From positions 5,154 to 69,153 of the forward strand of contig JALERT010000107.1 in NCBI GenBank assembly GCA_022764445.1: a stretch of DNA of 64,000 nucleotides, read 5' to 3'. Origin of the DNA: Lachnospiraceae bacterium (GTDB lineage: Bacteria > Bacillota > Clostridia > Lachnospirales > Lachnospiraceae). The notes under the pieces are model-generated. The model was not told where the DNA came from, ran no database searches, and saw only the letters and a list, made by a program, of their open reading frames with translations. Positions 39,234 through 50,578 of this stretch are shown here, piece after piece. The position numbers and the translations under genes are program-made. Numbering within the stretch: the first letter of the stretch is position 1; each line of letters starts with the position of its first letter.

Positions 39234-40550
39234 TCATTTTTGAAGTTCTGTCTTCTTTATTGTCATAATTACCTTTGTTCCAAAATCTTCCCGGAATTTT
39301 ATATCAAGTTTTCCTCCAATTTCATTAACCTGATGTACTATAACATCCATTCCTACACCACGCCCCGAATAATCATTCGGTTCTTTCGTTGTACTTATAC
39401 CATTTTTTAACAGGAATCCTATAATATCTTCATCTGAATAATCCCCGGATATACTATCAATCAGATTATTATCATATGCTGACTGAAGCACCGCAGCCCT
39501 GTTAATACCGGCTCCGTCGTCCTCAACGGTAATTACCAGATTATCATCTTCATCTTCTGTAAATTCAAGGCGAATAAGTCCCATCGGCGACTTTCCAAGC
39601 TGTTCCCTTCTTTCCATGCTTTCTATACCATGATCTACTGCATTCCTTATCACATGAATAAGAGCATTGGAAAGCTTATCACGCTTCTTTTTTTCTATCT
39701 TTAAATCTTCACCCTGAACAAGAAGCTTAACCGGTTTATTAAGAGCCTCTGACATTTCATCTACAAGCAGCTCAAGCTTTTTCGATACCGCAATAAAATC
39801 ACCATTAACTATACTGCTGTATATATCATTAAGCTCATCCTTTGTATCATTAAACTGCTTTGTCTCTGATGCAAAAAACTTTCTCTCAATAGCATCATCC
39901 ATTTTATTATTATAGGTATTAAGAAGTGTTGTGTACTTTTCTATACATTGCCTTAATCTTTCAAGCTCAGACTGGTGAAGCAGTACCACACTGTCAGGCT
40001 TTTCAGATTCATCGTTTATTCCGTCCTTAGATTTTTCATTCTTATCGTCGGAACGGGCAGGTACACTTCCTGCACTTGGTATGTAATACCTCTGAATTTT
40101 ATTTTTTGAAGGTTTTTTTTCATCGTTCTTCTTTATCTGTGTGCCATTCTTTTTAAGAGTCCCTGTCAGATCCGTAAGGTATGATTTAACCTCTGACTTA
40201 ATGTCGTCACAGGGAGCATCATGACATTTACCCTGATAGATAGCATCCAGTTCATTCTTAACATAATCAAGATATTCTCTGATAATCTTTGAAAATCTAT
40301 CAATATCTGTTACTTCCTTAAAATTATTTCTAAGACAGTTCAGTAACTGCTCTAAAGTCCTGCTAAGAGATGCCATCCCTTCAAATAACATCATAGTTGA
40401 GTTGGCTTTCAAAGTATGAACTCCGCGAAACATATCCTGTATTATGCTTTGTCCGCAATTTCCCGTTTTACATCCTTTTTCGAGACTTTCTCTCATCTCA
40501 GTAACAAGATTATTGCTTTCTTCATAAAAAAGCTCCAACATAGAATCCAA
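39234..40550 (-). CDS. CheA-like histidine kinase (P1 Hpt, P3, P4) lacking the P5 CheW-like domain
   Basis: FRGVHTLKA, H.IRNAVDHGIE, EDDGAGI, SGRGVGMD; protein ends right after the ATPase domain. Confidence 0.82.
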   Translation of the reverse strand: MDSMLELFYEESNNLVTEMRESLEKGCKTGNCGQSIIQDMFRGVHTLKANSTMMLFEGMASLSRTLEQLLNCLRNNFKEVTDIDRFSKIIREYLDYVKNELDAIYQGKCHDAPCDDIKSEVKSYLTDLTGTLKKNGTQIKKNDEKKPSKNKIQRYYIPSAGSVPARSDDKNEKSKDGINDESEKPDSVVLLHQSELERLRQCIEKYTTLLNTYNNKMDDAIERKFFASETKQFNDTKDELNDIYSSIVNGDFIAVSKKLELLVDEMSEALNKPVKLLVQGEDLKIEKKKRDKLSNALIHVIRNAVDHGIESMERREQLGKSPMGLIRLEFTEDEDDNLVITVEDDGAGINRAAVLQSAYDNNLIDSISGDYSDEDIIGFLLKNGISTTKEPNDYSGRGVGMDVIVHQVNEIGGKLDIKFREDFGTKVIMTIKKTELQK

Positions 40551-40593
40551 CTTAAAACCTCCTCTCTACGATGCATCTTATAAATGATGTGTC

Positions 40594-41667
40594 TTATAAC
40601 TTTAGCTGTTTATAAATCATAAAGAATACTTCCATTATATCAGGATCAAAGCGCTTTCCTGTCTCTTCTTTCATTATCTCAAGACTTTCTTCAACAGAAT
40701 ATGCTTCTCTGTAAGGTCTCTTTTTATTAAGCGCACAAAATGTATCTATAACAGCTGTCACTCTGGCAGCCAGAGGGATTTCTACACCTTTCTTTCCATA
40801 TGGATATCCTGTTCCGTCCCAGTTCTCATGATGATATGCAGTTATCTCTGATGCCATTTCAAGAAAACTGTTTTGTGGATTATTTGCATGCACTTTTTCA
40901 AGGTATGCTTTACCATCAGAAGGGTGCTTCTTTATGATGTCCCACTCTTCTTCATTAAGTTCCTGGGGCTTATCAAGGATACTGTCACTTATGGACAATG
41001 TTCCTATATCCCTTAACGTTGACGCAATCTCAATCTCATCAATGAATGCCGTCGTAATCTCACTGTCAAATCTTGGCGAAAACTGGAGACTTATTGCTAA
41101 CATTCTGCAGTTTGTACCAAAATTCTTTGCACTTTGATCTTCTTTATTTCTCATTTCTATAAGATCTGACATTGCATATAAGATATTCTTCTGATCTCCT
41201 GTTATCTTATCAACCTGATCGTTAACCATCTTATGAAGTCTTTTATTATACGATTCAAGCTCCTGCTGCATTTTATATATCTTAAGATGCGTATTAAGCC
41301 TTAACGTAACTTCCTCTTTTTCAAAAGGTTTTGCTATATAATCAACTGCACCAAGCCGGAATCCTTTTATCTTGTCCTCGACAGAATCAAGCGCTGATAT
41401 AAATATAATAGGTATATCCCTTGTCTTCACGTCTGCTTTAAGCATGGCACAGAACTCAAAACCATCAATATCCGGCATAGATATATCCAGTAAGATTAAC
41501 TGTGGTGGTTTTTTATTTATTGCAGCCTGTGCCTGTTTAACACTGATTACAGGTCTCGGGATACAGCCTGTGGATTTCACCATCTCTGACAGAATAACCA
41601 GATTGGTTGATATATCATCAACGATCAGTATATTTGGCTTGCCTGCCTTACTTTTATCATCTACCAT
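40594..41667 (-). CDS. Response regulator with a degenerate HD-GYP domain
   Basis: REC (VDD, LDISMP, YIAKPF) plus HHENWDGTGYP; HD motif reads LRDIGT. Confidence 0.85.
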   Translation of the reverse strand: MVDDKSKAGKPNILIVDDISTNLVILSEMVKSTGCIPRPVISVKQAQAAINKKPPQLILLDISMPDIDGFEFCAMLKADVKTRDIPIIFISALDSVEDKIKGFRLGAVDYIAKPFEKEEVTLRLNTHLKIYKMQQELESYNKRLHKMVNDQVDKITGDQKNILYAMSDLIEMRNKEDQSAKNFGTNCRMLAISLQFSPRFDSEITTAFIDEIEIASTLRDIGTLSISDSILDKPQELNEEEWDIIKKHPSDGKAYLEKVHANNPQNSFLEMASEITAYHHENWDGTGYPYGKKGVEIPLAARVTAVIDTFCALNKKRPYREAYSVEESLEIMKEETGKRFDPDIMEVFFMIYKQLKL

Positions 41668-43108
41668 CAGATTGCATCACCATCCCTTCTATAGCAGCTT
41701 TAAGCTCATTATATTCCGCAATGGCATTCTCATGATCACCCTTACGTACTGTCATCTGAAGTCTGAATGCTTTTCTCTTAAGATTCATGGCATCTTCTGC
41801 TACAAGCTGTTTTACAACATCTGCAAATGAATTTGCCCTTTCCCAGTTCTCCATCTCAATACAAAGTACAAGCTTCTCCATATTTTCATTTATAGCTTTG
41901 ATATTATCTTCAGAACCTAATTTATAAAGCTGGTTTTCCCCTTCATCTTCGGATTCCTCAGATACTTCACCGAGATTAAATGAATATGAAGCTTCTTTTT
42001 CATCTAAAGCGCCGGTATCTTTTCTTTCGCCGGCTCTTTTCATCCTTACAGAAAATGAGAATGTACTTCCTTTACCCTTCTGGCTTTCGACATTAATTTC
42101 TCCACCCATCATATTTACAAGGCTTTTTACTATGCTGAGCCCTAGTCCTGTACCACCAAACTTACGTGTTATGGATGCATCAACCTGTGAGAAACTTTTG
42201 AACAGTTTATCACGCTCATTATCCGCAATACCTATACCGGTATCTATAACCATGAAAAAAAGTTCAATCGTATCATCAATTTCCATCGTCTTAGTTACAT
42301 TTACAACAATCTGTCCTACCGAGGTAAATTTAATGGCATTTGAAAGAAGATTATTAAGTACCTGTGTGAGTCTTAGTTCATCACCAATTATCATATCGGG
42401 TATGTCACTTGCAACACTGCATAAAAGCTTAAGTCCCTTAGCTTCTACCTGGGGACGGTTTACTTTTACCATCTTATCCATAAGCTGATGAAAACTGAAT
42501 TCTCTGTTCTCAATAGTAAACTTACCAGCCTGCAGCTTTGAGAAATCAAGAATATTATTGATAATTTTAATCATATTCTTACAGCACTGGTCAATAATCT
42601 CTACTGACTCTCTCTGTTCAGAATCAAGATTGGTATCCATAAGATTCTGTGCAAGTCCCATAACGCCATTTACCGGTGTCCTGAGCTCATGTGTGACATT
42701 GGCAACAAATTCATTACGCTCCTTGTGCGCTTCCTCTGCCTCTACCTGCGCTGACATAAGTTCCCTTATAGTTTCCTTTTCCTTGACGATATTATTAAGA
42801 ACACATGCACCATAGCAATCGGTGTCATCATCAAATCTGAAAAAGTTGGCTGCAACAGGAAAGCATGTCTCATTCTTACGGTATGCAACAGTATCAAAGG
42901 TTTTACCATACTCATTTTCTGTAAGTGTTACACCATCCTCATTCACATTAACACATGTTCTGAAGATATCATGGATATTTATCTTTTCTCCCTGCTCATA
43001 ACCAAGTGATTTATATCCTTCTTCATTGATTTCACTTACACTGCCATCCTGATCAAAGAGTATGATTATATTTTTTGTTGCTGAAAATAATGCTTTGTAC
43101 TTATCCAT
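41657..43108 (-). CDS. Cytoplasmic PAS-domain sensor histidine kinase
   Basis: PAS-like N-terminus, HELRTP, NLLSNAIKFT, DTGIGI, GGTGLGL; no receiver domain. Confidence 0.9.
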   Translation of the reverse strand: MDKYKALFSATKNIIILFDQDGSVSEINEEGYKSLGYEQGEKINIHDIFRTCVNVNEDGVTLTENEYGKTFDTVAYRKNETCFPVAANFFRFDDDTDCYGACVLNNIVKEKETIRELMSAQVEAEEAHKERNEFVANVTHELRTPVNGVMGLAQNLMDTNLDSEQRESVEIIDQCCKNMIKIINNILDFSKLQAGKFTIENREFSFHQLMDKMVKVNRPQVEAKGLKLLCSVASDIPDMIIGDELRLTQVLNNLLSNAIKFTSVGQIVVNVTKTMEIDDTIELFFMVIDTGIGIADNERDKLFKSFSQVDASITRKFGGTGLGLSIVKSLVNMMGGEINVESQKGKGSTFSFSVRMKRAGERKDTGALDEKEASYSFNLGEVSEESEDEGENQLYKLGSEDNIKAINENMEKLVLCIEMENWERANSFADVVKQLVAEDAMNLKRKAFRLQMTVRKGDHENAIAEYNELKAAIEGMVMQSDGR

Positions 43109-43202
43109 AGTAATTCCCCGCCTAGATACGTATTACGGTTACAGTGGTGCATAGCCTGTGCTTAAATGCCAGCCCTGCAAATTAACAATAACACAACAGT
43201 TT

Positions 43203-43730
43203 TTATTTAGCACCACAACAGTATTTGTACTTCTTGCCTGATCCGCATGGACATGGATCATTTCTTCCTATCTTTTTCTCTTTAACGATAGTTCCTGACT
43301 TTTTCTGCTGAAGATAAAGTTCCTTTCTACGCTCTACTGATAAAAGAGAATTCCATTCTGGAAGTTCATATAACCAGTCTGCCTTAGCCTCTACCATATT
43401 GTAATAAAGCTTTTCTAAATCAATATCAAGACTTACCTCTGTATCCTCTGTCATGCTTTCGATTGGATTAGGTGTCTTAAGGCTCTCATTTATTCCATCA
43501 AGAAATCCAACCATGTATGCAAGATCCATATCGTACTTTTCTGCAAGTTCTTTTACCGTTCCTGTAACGACCTGTGAAGGATCTGCCAAGAGCTGTTTGT
43601 ATACTTCTTTTTCTTCTTTGAAATACTTATCCCAAATAGCCTTTCCTACCTTTGAATTAATGTCTACGCCATATGCGTATTCTCTCCAATCCTGTAATAA
43701 TCCCATAACTTTTTCCTTTCCTTCGACCAA
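43203..43730 (-). CDS. SEC-C motif protein
   Basis: C-terminal [28 protein letters not shown]. True start may be MGLLQ (43706). Confidence 0.85.
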   Translation of the reverse strand: MVEGKEKVMGLLQDWREYAYGVDINSKVGKAIWDKYFKEEKEVYKQLLADPSQVVTGTVKELAEKYDMDLAYMVGFLDGINESLKTPNPIESMTEDTEVSLDIDLEKLYYNMVEAKADWLYELPEWNSLLSVERRKELYLQQKKSGTIVKEKKIGRNDPCPCGSGKKYKYCCGAK

Positions 43731-43911
43731 ATTTTAATTATTAAGATATTTTACTGGTCTTATATACATTTTATTTTTACAGACTTATCTGCGTATAAAC
43801 ACGTATAAATATGTCTGTGCAAATTTAGGATTTTTAAAATCCCATACATGTTTAAATTATAACATCTGCTTTACTTTCGGTCAAACATATTAAGTGAAAA
43901 AAGGATGATAA

Positions 43912-44011
43912 CAATAAAAGGACGGAGTCATATATGACTCCGTCCTTTGGAGAAGGTATTTTTGTTACTTATGGGGTGTAGCAAAAACTATATAATGTAT
44001 TGGGGTTTACG
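43912..44011 (-). ncRNA. Candidate small RNA with C-rich motifs ending in a strong terminator
   Basis: Minus strand: TG-N-TATACT -10 (44023-44018), then ACCCCAA, ACCCCAT (hairpin loop), CCTTCTCC, then perfect hairpin AAAGGACGGAGTCATATATGACTCCGTCCTTT and a T tract. Confidence 0.45.
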
Positions 44012-44157
44012 AGTGTTAGTATAACAACACACTTACTTTAAGTGTGCACAAAGTTGCACAATTATTTGTCATTTTTTTGTGCAACTTTATTTTGGCCTGT
44101 CTGCTGCCATATTTTTTTGTTTAAATACATTATAAAATTATATTTTTTACATTTCTT

Positions 44158-45999
44158 TTAAGCATTTTGAACAAATAAGCTTTCAAATTCATTGCGGTCA
44201 ATTCTTTCTTTTTCCATAAGAAGTTTTGCACACGCATGAAGAACATCCATATTTTCTTCAATTATACTCTTAGCCTTCACATAACATTCATCGATGATAA
44301 GCTTAACCTCACGATCTATGGCTTTTGCTACATCTTCACTATAACTTCTTGTATGACCAAAATCACGACCGATAAATACTTCGTCTTCATCGGCATAATT
44401 GATAAGACCTATATTTTCAGAAAAACCATACTTAGTAACCATATCGCGGGCTGTAGATGTTGCCTGCTTAATATCCTGTGAAGCACCTGTAGTTATATCA
44501 TCAAAAATAAGAGATTCTGCTATACGTCCACCAAGACTTGCAATAATATCCTGCAGCATCTTTCCTTTCGTCATAAACATTTCATCACGCTCAGGAAGAG
44601 GCATTGTATATCCTGCTGCACCTGAACCCGTAGGTATGATTGAAACCATATGAACCGGTCCTACATCAGGAAGTTCATGGAAAAGAATTGCATGACCGGC
44701 TTCATGATATGCAGTAATCTTCTTGTCTTTCTCAGAGATAATCTTACTCTTCTTCTCTTTTCCTATGCCTACTTTGATAAATGATTTGCTGATATCTTCC
44801 TGTTCTATGAACTTACGTCCTTCTTTAGCACAGGCAATAGCTGACTCATTGAGAAGGTTTTCAAGATCCGCACCCGTAAATCCTACCGTAGTCTGAGCAA
44901 CTTTTCTAAGATCTACATCATCACCAAGAGGTTTGCCCTTTGCATGTACATTAAGTATTTCTTCTCTGCCACGCACATCAGGTCTTCCAACTGTTACCCT
45001 TCTGTCAAAACGGCCGGGACGAAGAATTGCGGGATCAAGTATATCAACACGGTTAGTAGCCGCCATAACGATTATACCTTCGTTGATACCGAATCCGTCC
45101 ATCTCGACAAGCATCTGGTTAAGTGTCTGCTCACGCTCATCATGACCGCCGCCAAGACCTGAACCACGTTTACGTGCAACAGCATCTATCTCATCTATAA
45201 ACACTATACAAGGTGCACTCTTTTTTGCTTCAGCGAATAAGTCTCTTACTCTGGAAGCACCTACACCTACAAACATCTCGACAAAGTCGGAACCGGACAG
45301 ACTGAAGAAAGGAACTCCTGCTTCACCTGCTACGGCTTTGGCAAGAAGTGTTTTACCTGTTCCCGGAGGTCCAACAAGGATTATACCCTTTGGAATACGT
45401 GCTCCTACATCTGTATACTTAGTAGGATTGGCAAGGAAGTCAACTATTTCCTCTAGTTCTTCCTTCTCTTCTTTAAGTCCTGCTACATCCTTAAATCTCT
45501 TTGAATTTGGTGCATCAGGATCAATTCTCTGAGCTCTGCTTTTACCGAAATTCATCATCTTGGCATTATTGCCACTTGCTCCTGCTGACTGTGCAGTCAT
45601 AAATGAAAACAGGAAAAATATTATAAGCAAACCTAGACCGTATGGAAGAAGTGTTGTAATTACCCATGATGCTTTCTGTATATCATGCACGGTATAATTA
45701 TCAGCAAGTTTGTCATCTGTACTTATAATTTCTTCCACAGCTTTGACATCTGAAACATAAAAACTTACTGTCTTTCCCGATTTTAACACTGCATCAATCT
45801 CACCTGTCGGCGTCTCCTGATTAGGAAGGATATCAACTGACTCAACCTTCCCCTCCTTAACATCATCAGCAAACGATGTAATATTGTATGAGCCTTTGGA
45901 ATTACTGCTAAATGCACCTGATGCATACACTGCGATAAATATTATCGCAAGTATGATTACATAAAAGCCTATTCCTGTAGCCTTTATCTGTTTCTTCAT
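44158..45999 (-). CDS. ftsH: ATP-dependent zinc metalloprotease FtsH
   Basis: [26 protein letters not shown]. Confidence 0.97.
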   Translation of the reverse strand: MKKQIKATGIGFYVIILAIIFIAVYASGAFSSNSKGSYNITSFADDVKEGKVESVDILPNQETPTGEIDAVLKSGKTVSFYVSDVKAVEEIISTDDKLADNYTVHDIQKASWVITTLLPYGLGLLIIFFLFSFMTAQSAGASGNNAKMMNFGKSRAQRIDPDAPNSKRFKDVAGLKEEKEELEEIVDFLANPTKYTDVGARIPKGIILVGPPGTGKTLLAKAVAGEAGVPFFSLSGSDFVEMFVGVGASRVRDLFAEAKKSAPCIVFIDEIDAVARKRGSGLGGGHDEREQTLNQMLVEMDGFGINEGIIVMAATNRVDILDPAILRPGRFDRRVTVGRPDVRGREEILNVHAKGKPLGDDVDLRKVAQTTVGFTGADLENLLNESAIACAKEGRKFIEQEDISKSFIKVGIGKEKKSKIISEKDKKITAYHEAGHAILFHELPDVGPVHMVSIIPTGSGAAGYTMPLPERDEMFMTKGKMLQDIIASLGGRIAESLIFDDITTGASQDIKQATSTARDMVTKYGFSENIGLINYADEDEVFIGRDFGHTRSYSEDVAKAIDREVKLIIDECYVKAKSIIEENMDVLHACAKLLMEKERIDRNEFESLFVQNA

Positions 46000-46022
46000 C
46001 TATACTCTCCTTTATATAAAAA

Positions 46023-46562
46023 TTATTCTTCGACAAACTCCAGTCTTCCGACATATGGAAGGTTACGATACTTCTGTGCATAATCAAGACCATAACCTAC
46101 GACGAATTCATCAGGAATAACAAATCCCGTATAATCTACATCAACCTCAGTTTCCCTTCTTGCCGGTTTGTCAAGAAGCGTACAAAGCTTAAGACTTGCT
46201 GGATTTCTTTCTGCAAGCATCTTCTGTGTAAGACTAAGTGTATTGCCTGAATCTATTATGTCTTCTACAATAAGGCAGTCAAGACCTTCTATAGACTCAT
46301 CCAAATCCTTTTTTATATTCAATTTACCCGAAGACTCTGTAGAATCACCATAACTTGATGCCGACATAAAATCAATTGTTACAGGTATTGTAAGTCTCTT
46401 TGCAAGCTCACAGCAGAAAAATACACTGCCCTTAAGTATGCATATTAGATGTATTGACTTACCTTTATAATCGTTATCAATTTTTTCAGCCATCTCTGCA
46501 ATTTTAGAATTAACTTCTTCTTCTGACAGCATCATATGAACTACTTCTTTCATAGTACCCAC
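46023..46562 (-). CDS. hpt: Hypoxanthine phosphoribosyltransferase
   Basis: ILKGS, IVEDIIDSG.T, FVVGYGLDY..YRNLP; tilS-hpt-ftsH order. Confidence 0.96.
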   Translation of the reverse strand: MGTMKEVVHMMLSEEEVNSKIAEMAEKIDNDYKGKSIHLICILKGSVFFCCELAKRLTIPVTIDFMSASSYGDSTESSGKLNIKKDLDESIEGLDCLIVEDIIDSGNTLSLTQKMLAERNPASLKLCTLLDKPARRETEVDVDYTGFVIPDEFVVGYGLDYAQKYRNLPYVGRLEFVEE

Positions 46563-46601
46563 CTTTCTCTTTTAATGTTCTCTCGGAACTCCGAGAGACA
46601 T

Positions 46602-48020
46602 TTAATGTATATTCGCACACAGCACCTGCTTTGTATCAGGTCCCACATAATAATATGCACTGCACCTGCCTAGCTCCGGTATCCATAAAATATGCTTTTC
46701 TTCTGCAAGAACCCATATCTTTTTTCTTTGATCAAGAGGTACCTTGCAATCTATCAGAATACGACTAAGTTTTTTCTTTGTGCCCTGTGTCGTAAGCCAT
46801 AAATAGTCACCTTCTTCTGGGTGTCTTAAAATCGGCACAAAGTTTATTCTATCATAATCAAACCATTTCGTACAGTCATTTTTTTCAATCGTTTCCGGCA
46901 ATTCACCCCTGTCTTTAAGGTGAAATGTGATACTTTGCTCTATTCCGTCTGTAGTAAAACATTCAATACTTTTTCCGATTACAATTTCTTTCTTTTCATT
47001 TTCATCTGTACTACAAGGACTATTGTATGTATCATCATTCACTTTTATCCAGAATTTATCATAATCTTTTCCAGCTGTGATATTGTATGGAAGATTAATC
47101 CTTTTCCCGGTATCACCGTTTAAAATCTTAATAAGAGCTTCTATATGCTGTGATGTTATATCTTTTCGCCTTCCTGCCACATTTTCCATCATCATGAGAA
47201 GAAGTTCACGAAGTACAACTATATCTTCCTTACATATATCATTAACATTTACACATGCATAACCTTTACTAACTGTCACTTTTTTCTTAAATACATCTAA
47301 CGTAACTCTGTCGATATACGACATAACATCACGAAGATGACATGCTGTCCTGGCAAGATGTGAAACTGCTGCCGGTTGTATATTCTCTTCTATAAAGGGA
47401 ATAACATTATGCCTTATCTGATTTCTGGCGTACTCATCTTTTTCATTGGTGGAATCAGTGCAGTATTCTACTCCCTCTCTTGAAAGTTCCTCCTCTATCT
47501 CCTTTCTCCTCGTATCAAGAAGGGGACGGATTATCTTGTCATTGCGGGGTTTCATCCCGCCAAGACCTCTTAAGCTGCTGCCACGAAGCATCTGAAAAAG
47601 AATTGTCTCAGCCTGATCATCCTGATGATGTGCTACGGCAATGGCATCATAACCAAGCTCACACCTTACATCCTCGAAGCATTTATATCTGTATATCCTG
47701 CCAGCTTCTTCTTCCGTCATCCCATTATCTGCTGCCATGGCAGGAATATCCTCATGGAAAACACGGCATGGAATTTTGTACTTCTTCGTAAGACTTATGA
47801 CATAATTTTCATCACGAAGTGCCTCTTTGCCGCGGATCCCATGATTTACATGTACTGCACATATATTTATATGGAACTCTTTTTGAAGTTCTATGAGTAC
47901 AAGAAGCAGAAGGACAGAATCAGCACCACCTGACACACCTGTTACTATCCCCATATTATCTCTTATAAGTTCATTATCTATACAATATTTCCTTATTCGC
48001 CTGTAAAATTCCTTATCCAT
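46602..48020 (-). CDS. tilS: tRNA(Ile)-lysidine synthetase
   Basis: SGGADS, NHGIRG, AHHQDDQAET, IRPLL, RNQIR. Confidence 0.95.
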   Translation of the reverse strand: MDKEFYRRIRKYCIDNELIRDNMGIVTGVSGGADSVLLLLVLIELQKEFHINICAVHVNHGIRGKEALRDENYVISLTKKYKIPCRVFHEDIPAMAADNGMTEEEAGRIYRYKCFEDVRCELGYDAIAVAHHQDDQAETILFQMLRGSSLRGLGGMKPRNDKIIRPLLDTRRKEIEEELSREGVEYCTDSTNEKDEYARNQIRHNVIPFIEENIQPAAVSHLARTACHLRDVMSYIDRVTLDVFKKKVTVSKGYACVNVNDICKEDIVVLRELLLMMMENVAGRRKDITSQHIEALIKILNGDTGKRINLPYNITAGKDYDKFWIKVNDDTYNSPCSTDENEKKEIVIGKSIECFTTDGIEQSITFHLKDRGELPETIEKNDCTKWFDYDRINFVPILRHPEEGDYLWLTTQGTKKKLSRILIDCKVPLDQRKKIWVLAEEKHILWIPELGRCSAYYYVGPDTKQVLCANIH

Positions 48021-48067
48021 CTCTTACCTCTTTTTTAGCTCGCCCTTTAATGCGTCTGCTTCTTTTG

Positions 48068-50371
48068 TTACTGCTGTTTTATCTTACCTCGTTCCCATAC
48101 TCCCGTAACTATAACACTCATATCATCACTTACACAACCATCATTTCTGCGAAGAGCCTCATCAAGAATATTCTCTGCAAGCTCCTGTGGATTGATGACA
48201 CGGCTCTCTCTAAGATAATCCTCAAGTATTCCCTCATCATTATCAAAACAGTCTGACACACCGTCTGTCATCATAATTATATAATCACCCTTTGTTATCT
48301 TTATCTTTCCAACATAAGACTCGATATCCTGTACAACACCAACAGGCAGAGTCTGTCCCTCTATCCTTATAATCTTTGAATCATGGCGAAGAAATGTAGC
48401 TGCTGCACCGTTTTTTAAGAAACAGCAATCTTCCTTGAAAAGATTAAGTACAACGACGTCAAGTGTAGCAAAGCTGTCGTTATCTTCTATATTCATATAC
48501 ATAGAATTAATAAGTCTTATGGCGGAGCCCTGTGAAAAACCGGCTTCTGCCATCTGTTCCAAGAGTTCTATAACTGTCTGGCTCTCTTCAAATGCATCAC
48601 TTCCGCTTCCCATGCCATCAGACAATGCAAGTAAAAGCTCACCACCGGGCAGTGATATACATGAAAATGTATCACCTGATACACTCTCGCCCTCCTTTGT
48701 CATGCGTGCAACGCCTGTTATGGCATGAAGCACTGTATCTTCCTCGAATACAAACGAAGTCATGCTGCTTCCGAGCACCTTACGCGACTCATCTGACGGA
48801 CATATTGTCTTATCAAGAACAGATGACAAAACCCTTGCCACCTCGGCCGATGTAACAAGACGGCCTCTTGCTGTCATGGCCTCCATGCTTATCTCAAGAC
48901 GTCCGTCCTGCTTCTCATAAGCATATATGTCACGGACCATGACACGTTTGGAGCGAAGTCCTGCAATAATCTTTTCTTCTACATCTTCACTAAACTTCTG
49001 CATATTTGGCATATTATCAGCAAGCTTCTGTACCATATCACCCACTTCTTTCATCTGACCTGCTACAGCCTTCCTGCTCTCTGCCATTCTATTGCGAAAT
49101 CCCATTATAGTTTTCGCCATATAAAGATTCTGATTAGCCTCTGAGATAAATCTTTCGGAATGAATACATTCTTTCATAAACTCTACAGGCATCTGTGCCG
49201 GCGTAATATATCCGCATTCCTGTGAAGCAGCCATCGTACCGATTATCTCAGGCTTATATAATGAAAGCTGTCCCATACAGCCTTCCCTTTTTTCACATCT
49301 CTCACATACCTTTGATGTCATGTCCTTTACCATTTCTCTCATATCATGACGACTCATATTGTACTGTTTATCTGTCTGTGCTGTCAACGTCTTTGACAAT
49401 TTATGAAAAACCTGCGAATACTCTTTAAGTCTGTGCATCATGATATCCTGACTCTTATCGCCTGCGCTTCCCTCATCTTTGCCATCAAACATCATAAGAA
49501 ACTTATCCGAAAGAAAAATAACAAGTATGCAGTCAATACCGATTGCCTTAAGAGTTCCAAACTCCATCATTTCACCCGTAAGAATGTAGTTAAGACAGAC
49601 TGCTGTTATGGTAAATGAAGACAGCATAAGAACTTTTCCCTGTCTCCTAAGCATCCCCGAGCATATTCCAAGAAGTGACATTACTCCTATCATCTCTGTA
49701 GCCGCACCGCAGAATGACATGATTATACCGGCTGCTGCTCCTGTTACAGCCCCGCCGCCTGTCCCATAGCAATACCCCATTACGATAACCATAAGATATA
49801 CCGCTATATCAAATAAAGAAATATCAGCTATAACTACTTTGGGAAGTCCAAATATGCATAAAGCACATATTATAACAAGGCTGATAAGCTCTTCGTTGCT
49901 CAGACTGTCTTTTTTTCTTCCATATAAAATAATATGTATTCCATCATCAAAAATCCTTGTACATGTCAGTACCAGCACTGCACTGAAAACTGCATACCAT
50001 AACTCATAACTGCTGTAAGGCATGACATAAATCTGAAAAAGGAACATTATACACGAAGCAAATGATGTAATTATTGCAGCATGTCCCATCTTTATACATA
50101 CACCCCGCTTGTCAAGCAGATCCGCCGCAAGTACGAGCACAATCATTATCATTGCCGCACAAACAGCCGTCTCTACAGGAAGCTTTGTTATCATTCCCAA
50201 GACAATGGCTATTCCAACGGGCAGTACTGAACCTCCCTGTACAAACCCGGCTGCAAAATACGCAATTCCCACCGGATTAAGCCCCCATAAATCAATCCTT
50301 CCAATTAAGAAGCCTGCCAGTATCTGAACAAGCATTCTTTTCTGTATACGACTCATATACATCCTCCTCAT
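48068..50371 (-). CDS. spoIIE: Stage II sporulation protein E (PP2C phosphatase)
   Basis: Multi-TM N-terminus, C..C...C, SGD, SDGMGSG, MTDGV, DDMSV; between divIC and tilS. Confidence 0.9.
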   Translation of the reverse strand: MRRMYMSRIQKRMLVQILAGFLIGRIDLWGLNPVGIAYFAAGFVQGGSVLPVGIAIVLGMITKLPVETAVCAAMIMIVLVLAADLLDKRGVCIKMGHAAIITSFASCIMFLFQIYVMPYSSYELWYAVFSAVLVLTCTRIFDDGIHIILYGRKKDSLSNEELISLVIICALCIFGLPKVVIADISLFDIAVYLMVIVMGYCYGTGGGAVTGAAAGIIMSFCGAATEMIGVMSLLGICSGMLRRQGKVLMLSSFTITAVCLNYILTGEMMEFGTLKAIGIDCILVIFLSDKFLMMFDGKDEGSAGDKSQDIMMHRLKEYSQVFHKLSKTLTAQTDKQYNMSRHDMREMVKDMTSKVCERCEKREGCMGQLSLYKPEIIGTMAASQECGYITPAQMPVEFMKECIHSERFISEANQNLYMAKTIMGFRNRMAESRKAVAGQMKEVGDMVQKLADNMPNMQKFSEDVEEKIIAGLRSKRVMVRDIYAYEKQDGRLEISMEAMTARGRLVTSAEVARVLSSVLDKTICPSDESRKVLGSSMTSFVFEEDTVLHAITGVARMTKEGESVSGDTFSCISLPGGELLLALSDGMGSGSDAFEESQTVIELLEQMAEAGFSQGSAIRLINSMYMNIEDNDSFATLDVVVLNLFKEDCCFLKNGAAATFLRHDSKIIRIEGQTLPVGVVQDIESYVGKIKITKGDYIIMMTDGVSDCFDNDEGILEDYLRESRVINPQELAENILDEALRRNDGCVSDDMSVIVTGVWERGKIKQQ

Positions 50372-50578
50372 ATCAAATAATGTATTGCTGCCACTCCTGA
50401 CAGCTTCGTATACAGATTTTAATTAGTTGTATTTGCAGATTTTGTCAAAACTAAAGTTAATGGCAAAAAAGAAAAAACAGCAATATCCGACATAATTCGA
50501 ATATTGCTGTATGTATTAACCATTATCATATAGTCTGACAGCAGGTGTGAAACCCACTTATCTACACTGACAATTTAA

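Noticed and set aside
50395..50510. Spo0A boxes upstream of spoIIE
   Set aside because: Only one-mismatch matches (TGTCAAA, TGTCGGA); plausible but too weak to call.
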